A DNA stretch of 52,260 nt from a virus (lineage: Duplodnaviria > Caudoviricetes): the IMG/VR virus record IMGVR_UViG_3300030419_007568, positions 1 through 52,260 of that record; one strand, written 5' to 3'. Position 1 is the first letter of the stretch. Every line of letters begins with the position of its first letter. A program made the position numbers and the translations under genes. The notes beneath the pieces were generated by a model. That model searched no databases and was not told the origin of the DNA. It saw only the letters and a list, made by a program, of their open reading frames with translations. Shown piece by piece: positions 1 through 9,300 of the stretch.

Positions 1-29
1 TTAGGATAGAGGTCTTTAAGTTTAATCAT
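1..29 (-). CDS. 5' fragment of a hypothetical protein (MIKLKDLYP...), runs off the window
   Basis: ATG at 29 preceded by GGAG RBS-like sequence and an ATATTTA motif at 53-59 (minus strand). Confidence 0.45.
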
Positions 30-61
30 GAGAAACTCCAGTTATTTATATATAAATATAA

Positions 62-2551
62 CTAACTGAAATTTTTACTTAAACCTATTAGATATTCCAG
101 CCCATAATCACAAAATGAAAGTATAGATAACCTGCAAAAACCATCATAAACATTTTGAAATACTGAACTCGTTATGAGAGTATTGTCAAATCTGTCTTTA
201 ACAATAAATCTTACATCTTTTATGTCCTCTTCGGGGGACGTTATTTCTGCGTTTTCTGCTGCTGTCTTAACTGCATATATTTGAAACCCTTGGTCCTGCC
301 AAGATTCGCCGACGCCATCGGCAGCGGCGGCTTTTTTAGCCCATGTGGTATCTGTCTCATATGGAGACGAAGCACTGGTGGGGGTGTGCCAGCCAAATAA
401 AGAGCACGAAACCATCGAAGGCGCATTATATTCAAGATTGTGAGAATTTTGTCTATTAGGAAATATAAACTCACACTCAGCAGTCATACCAAGAGAGTTC
501 AAAACACCGTCAGACCCAGTAATGAACCCATGAGAGGCAGGATTTATAGAACTTGAACACTGATATACTGTTGCATCGCTACTCGTGGCACTCGTTCGTA
601 AGCCACTAAAATCCACATATTTTTTGTTGCTTGAGATTGTTCTATAATTGTCTTCTAATTCATAAGCATAGTTGTTTGCATATGTGTTTAGGGAAACAAT
701 ATTCTGATCTATGCCGTAGCAGCGGATCAGGTTTCTTATTGCTTTCTCGTTGCCCTTGGATTTATAAATGTAGCCAAGATTGTTGTGAATATTCTTATAT
801 ATTATGCTCTTAATTTGTTGCAATTCTTGCTCAAAGTTTTTAGAATCACTTCGCTTGAAAAACCTCTCAAGAATATCTGCATTTGCAAACATTTCTGTAG
901 TATTTAAACCTTGGTTCTCCAACAGGCGGTTGTTATAGGGAAACTCGTTGGAACTACCAGTCAGAGTACCGCTCAGATATCTAAGATCTTTTGTTTTATT
1001 AAGTTCCGAAATTTGGATATGCAGTGTATCAAAATAACTTCCTATAATTTGACTTAAGTTTTTCAACTCGTTTCCGGATTTTGCGTCCTCATCAATGATC
1101 CATGCCGGCATAGTGTTCATGAGATATGAAGTGTTCCCATGATCATACTCAGATCCCGTGTTAGCTAACTCAGTCCTTGTGTTTTTGAAATTTGTGTTGT
1201 CTCGACGAATTACTGGTGATCTATCTTCGAAAATGTCCTTTTTCGACATCTCATTAATGGCGGAACCTGTCTGTCGTGAATTGCTACTATCATAACCGAC
1301 ATAAGTTCCGTTTGCAACTCGTCCGGAGTAGTCTAAAACAGTTTTATCAAATCTTGCTACACCAGTAATACCTTCGTTAAATTTATAATAAAGACCTAAA
1401 GATGCATCAGCATCGTTTACATTTGCTCCGCCATCAATGTTGGTGAACCAGTTTCTTCCTATCTCTTTGCCGGTTCTTGCTTTTTTCCAGAATCTAAACT
1501 CATCTATAGAGGCGGATATTTTTCCCCAACCTTCGGTGGGTAGAACTGCGCCGCCGACGTTTGTTCCTGATACAGGTGCTCTTAGTGCTCCAATGTTAGC
1601 AACAAGTGTTCCTGTTACTTCGTTTAGGGAGCCTGATTTGACGCCGCCCTCTGAGGGGATATTACCGGCAGCCGAGGGTCCCCCATAACTACTGGCTGTT
1701 ATGTTTGTCTGATGGCATATTCCATCCATGTAAAAATCAATGTTTGGAGTAGGCCCAGAGGTATTAAAGACAAAAGAGTAGTGATGCCAAGATCCGCTGG
1801 CAATAGCCAGTCCGCCTGTAGTCGGAACAGACTGGGTCATGAACCCAGTGGTTCCCGAAACCAGTGTTACTAGAAATCTATCTTGATCTGACGATGTTAG
1901 TTCTATCCTTAGTCGTCCATAATTGCTGGAGCCGGAGGTTGAGCCGTTTGACAGGTCGAAAATAACCTGTTTTTTGCTCTGGCTGTTGTCGTTGGGTATA
2001 AGGTTGTCTTTTTTCAGGAAAAACTCAATGGTCGATCCAGATACGCCAGCAAAAGTTAAGTTGGATGTTGTGTTGCTTCCTGTCGCATATACGTTTCCTG
2101 CGTGTGGTCCTCCTTTTGCTTGCACAAAATCAATCGAAGAGGAATAATACCCGGAAGGGTTGTCTGCAACGTCGCCAGGTGTTCCATACGAGGCTCCGAT
2201 CTTAATATAACCTGTCTCTTTTGGATAGACATGTTGAAGAACGTATTTTTCCAGCGGAGACAATTCATTATAAAACTTTGTTTTTTCTAATCCGGAGCCG
2301 TCATAAGGATAATTGTCTACAATGTGATCAAATGCTGCTTCATAATATTTTTGCGCTGATCCATATTTTGCAAAGTTTTCTGGCCTAGAATAATCTATCG
2401 GTGGTAAGTAATCGTTTTGTCTTCTAACGCTCTCCGAGAGGTGTCCCGACGATTCAATTTTGGAATCAAGCGACTTTACAGAAGATTTTTTTAGGTATTT
2501 TCCAACAGAACCATTTTTTCTGTTTTTATCAAATAACTTTTTTACACTCAT
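62..2551 (-). CDS. Large virion structural protein, baseplate wedge-like with LamG/concanavalin-like domain; C-terminus possibly truncated or chimeric
   Basis: LamG-type motifs TIEFFLK, WHHYSF, IDEFRFW, LYYKFNEG; KSKGNEKAIRNLIRCYG resembles the KGT-type wedge motif; downstream of gp6/gp25-like genes. Confidence 0.65.
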   Translation of the reverse strand: MSVKKLFDKNRKNGSVGKYLKKSSVKSLDSKIESSGHLSESVRRQNDYLPPIDYSRPENFAKYGSAQKYYEAAFDHIVDNYPYDGSGLEKTKFYNELSPLEKYVLQHVYPKETGYIKIGASYGTPGDVADNPSGYYSSSIDFVQAKGGPHAGNVYATGSNTTSNLTFAGVSGSTIEFFLKKDNLIPNDNSQSKKQVIFDLSNGSTSGSSNYGRLRIELTSSDQDRFLVTLVSGTTGFMTQSVPTTGGLAIASGSWHHYSFVFNTSGPTPNIDFYMDGICHQTNITASSYGGPSAAGNIPSEGGVKSGSLNEVTGTLVANIGALRAPVSGTNVGGAVLPTEGWGKISASIDEFRFWKKARTGKEIGRNWFTNIDGGANVNDADASLGLYYKFNEGITGVARFDKTVLDYSGRVANGTYVGYDSSNSRQTGSAINEMSKKDIFEDRSPVIRRDNTNFKNTRTELANTGSEYDHGNTSYLMNTMPAWIIDEDAKSGNELKNLSQIIGSYFDTLHIQISELNKTKDLRYLSGTLTGSSNEFPYNNRLLENQGLNTTEMFANADILERFFKRSDSKNFEQELQQIKSIIYKNIHNNLGYIYKSKGNEKAIRNLIRCYGIDQNIVSLNTYANNYAYELEDNYRTISSNKKYVDFSGLRTSATSSDATVYQCSSSINPASHGFITGSDGVLNSLGMTAECEFIFPNRQNSHNLEYNAPSMVSCSLFGWHTPTSASSPYETDTTWAKKAAAADGVGESWQDQGFQIYAVKTAAENAEITSPEEDIKDVRFIVKDRFDNTLITSSVFQNVYDGFCRLSILSFCDYGLEYLIGLSKNFS

Positions 2552-4071
2552 GGCGCAGGCTCTTCAACCCTAAACTTAAACTCTTCAGACTGTTGTCTGT
2601 ACTGTCCTTGTAAATAGTAAGCAAATTGTAATTTGTAGGTGAACCCCGGCTCTAAATGTGATGTATCCAATTCAAAATAGTTTCCACTAACGTCATATGA
2701 CATTCTAGTGTAGTCTTTAACACCACTGCCTGTACCAAATGGAATAATTTCCATATTATCAATTTCTCTAGTGAGGCGATAATACCCATCATCAATCACT
2801 TCAGGTACAACATTTGTAGTCGCAGATGTGTAAATATTAGGATTCCAGTTTTTCTTTCTTGCAAAAACCCGAAGTCTGGGCTTTTGTCCTTTTATATAAG
2901 ATCCTTTAAGATTTGTTACGTCTGTCACATACTCGTCTTCATAAATAAGCTCCAAAGCACTCAAGGAAGTAGGCTCATATGAGCCTGTGAAAAACTCTGT
3001 GATATTACCGGGCTGAGAAGCTGTAAACCAAACATCATACAGATAATCTTCTGAAGCTGTTGTCGCAAACGAGGCAGAATAAACTCCGACAAGGGCAACG
3101 CCGTTTTCTATAACTTGCCCTCCCGTAACATGGTTTAGGGCGTTATTATCTTCGTCTAAAAGCAGAACGCTATTAGTTGTCGGTGCCGAGACACTGCCGC
3201 TGTAAACTTTAACAAGAACTGTTTCGTTTACCAATCCCGGTATATTTTTCAATTGTCCTCGTATACTGTTGTACAAATAAATCGTGTTTAAATTATCTGA
3301 GCCTGGTGCAAGACTACTACTAAGCATAAAATTGCCTCGGTTGTCTTTTCTGGAAGAATCCCAACGAGCTTCTAGAACAGGTCTTTTAAAGTAAAATTCG
3401 CTATTCCTGCCAAAAAATTTCTTAGTAAAAAATGTTCCGTCGTTGCCAGCGATGGCGGCATCTGTATGCTTTAAAAGAAACCCGTGACTATTAGCAGATC
3501 CAGAGGACACCCATCGATCTACAATCGTATTAACATTTACATCTAGATCTTCCAGTCCGCCGGAGAAAAAATAGTTTACGGAAACGTTGTTCTCTCCTGG
3601 CTCGTAACCACCAGTAATGGCAGTAACCGGGTCAGAAGTGTCGGACCCCCAAAAGGCACCGTTGCTGGCACTTACCCAGTTTGCGGTACCTAAGTCAGAA
3701 TAGTTTTCCATGTCTAGTCCACGGCCCTCTGACCAAGATTGAGTCAACATAACTACATCAAGACTATAACTCATAGGTGTTGTGTTAGCATGTGGTGCAT
3801 TGAACAACTTTAGTCTATAGTCCACGTTAGACGATGGTATCACGCCATTATTAATGTCGTCAATAACATGAGTCATATCAAAATGAAGTAAAATTCTGGA
3901 CTGTTCGGCATTTACGGTGTCAGTAGAAGCCGAAGTTTGACCGTGGATAACGAACGCCTCTAGGATGTCCGACGCCCCCATATTTGAACCAGAAGCACGG
4001 GTAGATAAATTTGCCTTAAAGGCATTTGAGATTGTAGTATCTTTTATAGCAAAGTATCTCTTAATTCCCAT
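2548..4071 (-). CDS. Virion structural protein (tail/baseplate-associated, beta-rich)
   Basis: 507-aa ORF with stop/start overlaps to both neighbours in the baseplate module; beta-sandwich-like pattern (KDTTIS...SRILLHFD...RPVLEARWD); S/T/G rich. Confidence 0.55.
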   Translation of the reverse strand: MGIKRYFAIKDTTISNAFKANLSTRASGSNMGASDILEAFVIHGQTSASTDTVNAEQSRILLHFDMTHVIDDINNGVIPSSNVDYRLKLFNAPHANTTPMSYSLDVVMLTQSWSEGRGLDMENYSDLGTANWVSASNGAFWGSDTSDPVTAITGGYEPGENNVSVNYFFSGGLEDLDVNVNTIVDRWVSSGSANSHGFLLKHTDAAIAGNDGTFFTKKFFGRNSEFYFKRPVLEARWDSSRKDNRGNFMLSSSLAPGSDNLNTIYLYNSIRGQLKNIPGLVNETVLVKVYSGSVSAPTTNSVLLLDEDNNALNHVTGGQVIENGVALVGVYSASFATTASEDYLYDVWFTASQPGNITEFFTGSYEPTSLSALELIYEDEYVTDVTNLKGSYIKGQKPRLRVFARKKNWNPNIYTSATTNVVPEVIDDGYYRLTREIDNMEIIPFGTGSGVKDYTRMSYDVSGNYFELDTSHLEPGFTYKLQFAYYLQGQYRQQSEEFKFRVEEPAP

Positions 4072-5858
4072 TATCTTACAACTCCTGAAATATCTGTGTC
4101 GGGAAATAATATTTCGGCGACGGCATCCTGGGGTATCGTAATATACCTTCCGTCATCAGAAACGTTGGAATCCATGTCATAGAAAAAGTTACTGTATCCA
4201 CTTCCCGCTTTGTTTTCAATTTCTACCCTTACCGTGTCGATAACTCCTGGCACTTCATTTAAAAACTTGTATAGTTCTGAAATGTGAATGGACTGTCCTA
4301 TATCTCCCTTTACTCTCAACTTATCTTGCAGTTTGGCAATACAGGCGCTTATTACGTCAAACCTGTTTGCGTTTTCAACTGTAATAATTTCAAAATTTAT
4401 CCCATAGTTAATAATTTTTGCGTCCAAAATATCAATCGTATCATTGAGCATTCGATATTGGTTTAGCCAAACTTTAAGATTTCTTTTAAGTGTTTCGTTA
4501 GAAGTGGTAAAGTTACCGTCAGCGTCTTCTGACAGAATATATAAGTTTAGGTTTCTTCTCATGGTAGAAGAGTCTTGGAGAATGTTCGCTCTTTTTATTT
4601 TTCCAAATTTTGATGGCATTCTGTAACACAAAGAAATATAATCGGAACGAGTTACCGCCCTATTCTGGGAAGTAAAAGAAGATAGCGCCCTTGTTCTGAT
4701 TTCGTCTGGTGACAACATAGTTGAATCGCCTAGTATCGGCTCTTCGTTCTCTACCTCGATAGATCCCATGACCTCGCTTACGGTTAGCGGATTTAATGTT
4801 GAACGATTTTTAAAAATCACATCAGGAGAAACTACTGTACTCACCGTTCCCGCAGCGGCGTTAACTTCTCCGACATTGTTCGCCCTGTATAAGATTGTTA
4901 GTGTGGTGTTTACTGGAACAACTCCAAACTTATCAGCCTTTATTAGGTTTGACGGATCAAAAGAACTGTCAGTAACATAATTTCTTCCTGTCACGTCCAA
5001 AACAATATCGGCTGGGTCGGCGACCAAATCTGTTGTTAGATTTTCTTCGGATCCGAATCCAAACTGTAAAAAGCAATTTCCGTTTTCGTCAAATTCTGTC
5101 ACAAATCTTCTGGGAACAGGTTTTGCCTTCATTATGCTGGGTGTTACATCTCTGTCTGATGCAAAGTTTCTATTTTCAGACAGAACAATGTCTTGGGTTA
5201 AATGATCAACTTCTATATATTCATTCCCCTGAGAATCAAAAACGTTTTGAACTTCTATCACAGATCGTACTCCCAAAGGAATTCTCAAAAACCTTTGATA
5301 TCCGCCAACTGATATATCTTTTTGAAATAACTGTCCTGAGACTACTTGTCCGTAAGACTTTATGGCAAAATGACTAGGAACACCCGTTGTTGGGTTTACT
5401 TTTGCTACCGTGATTTCGTTAGTAGGCTTTGAAAAATCAATGTCTTCATTCAAGGTGAATGTTAGTCCTGACTGTGATGAAATTAACGATCCTTTTTGCA
5501 ATGTTGGGATATAACTTGAGTCAGGATCACCTAGAACATCCGCAGGTATCACTGCATAAAAAGCGCAAGCCCCCACAGAGGAAGGGGCTCCGGGCATCTT
5601 AAATCCCATCTGCCTAGCTAACCTAACAATGTTTCCATATTCTATGGCACTATCTATAAAACTTTCGTTTGTTTGGTAATCCAAATAAAATGACAACTGG
5701 TCTCCGACATAGGAGACCAAATCAAGCATCATTGCTCCGAACGACGCTTCATTAAAATCCCGAAATGTTGTTGGATAATATCTTTCAGCATAAGACACTA
5801 GGTCACGCTTAATTGTGTCAAAATCTCTGCTAGTATACGAAATGGGTCTTTTTTTCAT
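4071..5858 (-). CDS. Baseplate wedge subunit (T4 gp6 / baseplate J-like)
   Basis: YTSRDFDTIKRDL...DFNEAS.G.MMLDLVSYVGDQLSFYLD N-terminus and SQNRAVTRSDY motif typical of gp6-like proteins; adjacent to gp25-like gene. Confidence 0.85.
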   Translation of the reverse strand: MKKRPISYTSRDFDTIKRDLVSYAERYYPTTFRDFNEASFGAMMLDLVSYVGDQLSFYLDYQTNESFIDSAIEYGNIVRLARQMGFKMPGAPSSVGACAFYAVIPADVLGDPDSSYIPTLQKGSLISSQSGLTFTLNEDIDFSKPTNEITVAKVNPTTGVPSHFAIKSYGQVVSGQLFQKDISVGGYQRFLRIPLGVRSVIEVQNVFDSQGNEYIEVDHLTQDIVLSENRNFASDRDVTPSIMKAKPVPRRFVTEFDENGNCFLQFGFGSEENLTTDLVADPADIVLDVTGRNYVTDSSFDPSNLIKADKFGVVPVNTTLTILYRANNVGEVNAAAGTVSTVVSPDVIFKNRSTLNPLTVSEVMGSIEVENEEPILGDSTMLSPDEIRTRALSSFTSQNRAVTRSDYISLCYRMPSKFGKIKRANILQDSSTMRRNLNLYILSEDADGNFTTSNETLKRNLKVWLNQYRMLNDTIDILDAKIINYGINFEIITVENANRFDVISACIAKLQDKLRVKGDIGQSIHISELYKFLNEVPGVIDTVRVEIENKAGSGYSNFFYDMDSNVSDDGRYITIPQDAVAEILFPDTDISGVVR

Positions 5859-5883
5859 TGTTTATCCTCGCTCAAGCGATGAA

Positions 5884-6291
5884 CTAATTAGTAATTTCCT
5901 CAGTAAAATTTAAGGTATCATTTAAGTTTAGTGATCCGACACTATATTCAATTCTTATAACAACCTGATTTGCTCCCAAAGACGGGTTCTGACTATTGTC
6001 AATAAAGCTAACTTTTCCCAAAGCAATAAAAGGCATCCATTTTTGAACTTGTTCATGAAGTTTTGTTAAAATCTTTTGGTTTGTTCCCGGTGTTATTCCC
6101 TCAAAAAGAAACCTCCTTAAACCAACTCCAAAATCAGGCATCATTATTCTTTCGCCCGAAGAAGTTAAAACTAAATTTTTAAAGTTTTGCTTTATGACCT
6201 CTCCAACAGTTTTGTTGAGTTTGTAAGGACCATCATTAAGATCGACTGTTAAGGGGAGTGAAACAGAAAGTCCTTCTAATTTAAATGCCAT
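5884..6291 (-). CDS. Baseplate wedge protein gp25/GPW-like
   Basis: IKQNFKNLVLTSSGERIMMPDFGVGLRRFLFE signature; AAGGAGG RBS. Confidence 0.9.
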   Translation of the reverse strand: MAFKLEGLSVSLPLTVDLNDGPYKLNKTVGEVIKQNFKNLVLTSSGERIMMPDFGVGLRRFLFEGITPGTNQKILTKLHEQVQKWMPFIALGKVSFIDNSQNPSLGANQVVIRIEYSVGSLNLNDTLNFTEEITN

Positions 6292-6325
6292 GGTGGTTAA
6301 ACCTCCTTAATAAGTATTCTTAAAT

Positions 6326-9300
6326 TTATCCTTGTTCATTTAAGAACTCTCTTAATTTATTGATATCTGACCGAGGGTCGTCTGGATTGGCTGAACTATA
6401 GTATTTTACGGAGTAATAATTGAGAAGATAATAAATGTACGAAATAGCTACCTTATCCAATGTGTCAAAATGTCCGGCAAGGTTATCTGCGGACACAAGA
6501 CCTCTTTCGTGACCTATCAGTCCAAAAGTTATTAAATCTTGGGTATAGTCTATCCCCCTAAACCCGTTTGATCCATAAGGAGGGGGTCCGCCGTTGTAAT
6601 TATCTTGAAAAGCTAATTCACCACCGCTGATCCCCCACATACCTGGGTGAGGATAGGACATACCGTTGTACCCTTGTCCGTCCGCACCTTTTGGTTTATA
6701 CCATCTTGGTATCGGGTCGTAATCGACACCCCAATCAACCGGAAACTCAATTTTTGATTGGTTGTAAAGGGTTGTCCGTTGGTTGCTAATATAATTTTGT
6801 AAAAAAGTTTTGCCGGTGGCAGTGCGAGCGTCTACTGGAGCATAAGGGTTGTAATTTTCTTTAACATCTGCTGAAATTTTATACTGATCTATGAAAGACT
6901 GAGCGCCAGCGTGTTCCATTAATCTTAGTCGTTCTGTAAAAACAACATTTTTGGCATATAATCCCGTAGAAGCGTCTTCAACCACACTTTCATCCCTTGG
7001 CCAAGCACGGATTGAGTTAGAATCTCCATAATTTGCGATGAGTGCATGTCTTTGCCATGTAACTCTTGTGCTTTGCGGTAAAGCTTGAAAACGCTGAAGT
7101 ATTGATTGGTTTCCTTGTGGGCGGAAAGCATAAAGTGTATTCCAAAAATCTCTATTGGTGGAGGCAGTCGCTTCGAGAGGGTCCATGTTCGACGGTTTGA
7201 GGGTCTCCTCTCCGAATGCTACTATAAAGCCAGAATATCCGCCTTGACCATACACAGAAATTCCAAGCATTGTTTGATAATCATTAATTTTATCCCAAAA
7301 CCCTTGAAGTCTCTTGATTTCGTCACGAACTTCCCTTTCTGAATAGTATGTTTTGCCTGAAAGAACCAGAGGAAATGAACTGTAGCTATCACTGAACGCT
7401 GTAATGTTGTCCGGATTAACGGCTGTCATAAAAGTATCATCGGCGGCGGCAATTCTCTTTCCTGTCATAAACTTAAACATCGGAAGGCGGTTCTGAATAT
7501 TTACAACATGATCATGATAAATTGCAAGAAGTCCCATAATCAATGGTTGAGGAAGGTAGTACAAAGAGTCTCGACTATACCAAATTTCAGAATCCGTCCC
7601 AGCGTATCTAGTGTTATGAAGAGCCTTTATTTTAGGGGCAACTCCCGCTGTTTCGCCAGAAAAAGCAGAGGGGCTTTCAGCATTTCCCCCCAGCGACTCT
7701 GCCGTTAGTTGTCTGTTTTCTCCAGCGTTGTGTGTGCCCCGCCTGACAAAGTCGGCAAATGCGGTAAAATGTTCCCTATACTCTCTTTCTTTAAATATAT
7801 TTGTGTTTGCCGAATAATATCTAGTTTTTGTACCTACTCTATACATCATTGTTTTCAGAATTAACTCAATAGCCCTATCAAGCTTGGACCGCAGATCATG
7901 ACGGTCGCCTATTTGGAAGGTAACTCCTGCATCATTAGCGACGCCGCCACTGTACACATCATCTACAGCGTCCATACTTGTCAAATATATCTCATACAAG
8001 CCAGTGCGGCTCGTTTCATATTCAAATTTTTGAGCTAAATATCCCGCCATCATCGATACAGTATCTGGCATATTAAAACCATGATAGGCTCTAAGTATAG
8101 GTCCCAGATTAAGCATAAAAGTTGTAATTCTTGCTTGGAGTGATGCCATACATGATTTGGCTATCATTTCTTTTCGTATATCCGGACACGGATTTCCATT
8201 TGTTACAAACAGTGGTTCAGAAAGCGCCGCAGTATATGGTCTCAAAGCTGCGATACCATCACCGTTGGCGAAGAAATAACTACCAAGATCTTTTATTGGC
8301 GTATAATTTAACCCGAAACCAAGAGGAAAAGCATATCCATCTACATTGCGGTTTCGTACAGTTGTCGGGGCGCTGACTTCAATAGCATTGTTGATAGCGT
8401 TTGCCATCGGTGTCGTAAAAACATCAAAAGTCGTTCCTGCTGGTTTTCCGTCGGGACGGGCTTTGCCTTTAATGACAAAATTATTTCCTTCCATGCCGAT
8501 GGCGTTATCGCTAGCCAGTCGAGCACTGCCAAGAAAAACTGGTGAAATAAGGTTTCCGTCGGCATCGGGCATGACCGCTGACATAAACACTTCTTCGTTG
8601 TTGAAACTAAATTCGACGTAACCGGGACTTTCATCGTTTGGGCTCCCCATGCGCCAAACTGGAACAACTGCACCAGGAAAATCAGGTAGCCTTGAAGCAA
8701 CTACATAAGGCTTTGCCCAGGTGTTACTAAATTCTCCTTGTAGGATTTCATAAAGTACTGTATTGTTTTGTTGTGGCAACGGTGGCTTAGGTGCTGCTGC
8801 GGCTTCAGCGGACATTCGGAGCGCATCTGACATAAACAACTGGAATAGTTTCGAAAGGTAAGCTATTTTTTCTAGAAGTTTTCGCCAATATTCGGCGACG
8901 GGAAAGCCCTCAAAATCTTCAAATAGTTCCCAGTCTCCCCAATCTCCAAACTCAATCCCATTAATCATCTCACAAAGATCATAGATTTGCTCCAATTGTG
9001 CAACAGTCTCTTCTTCGACCTGTTTAGAGTATTGAGCATATGACATGAGGGGTGTCTCTAGTCCTGCGGATCCTATGTCTTTTGGCGCACAAAATTCTTC
9101 AGAAGGTTCTTTTGGTTCGCTAGGAACGGCTTCCGGTCCCAAAGCGTCTCCTAATTTTTTCAAATATTCTTTTAATTTTGCTTCATTTAATTCAAGAGTT
9201 GCGTATCGTTCATCCCCGGCATTAAGAGAATCGGTAGACATTAAAATTCTGGTCTTCATTTCCTCAGACAAGGGAACTATTCTACCGCCATCCTCTATTG

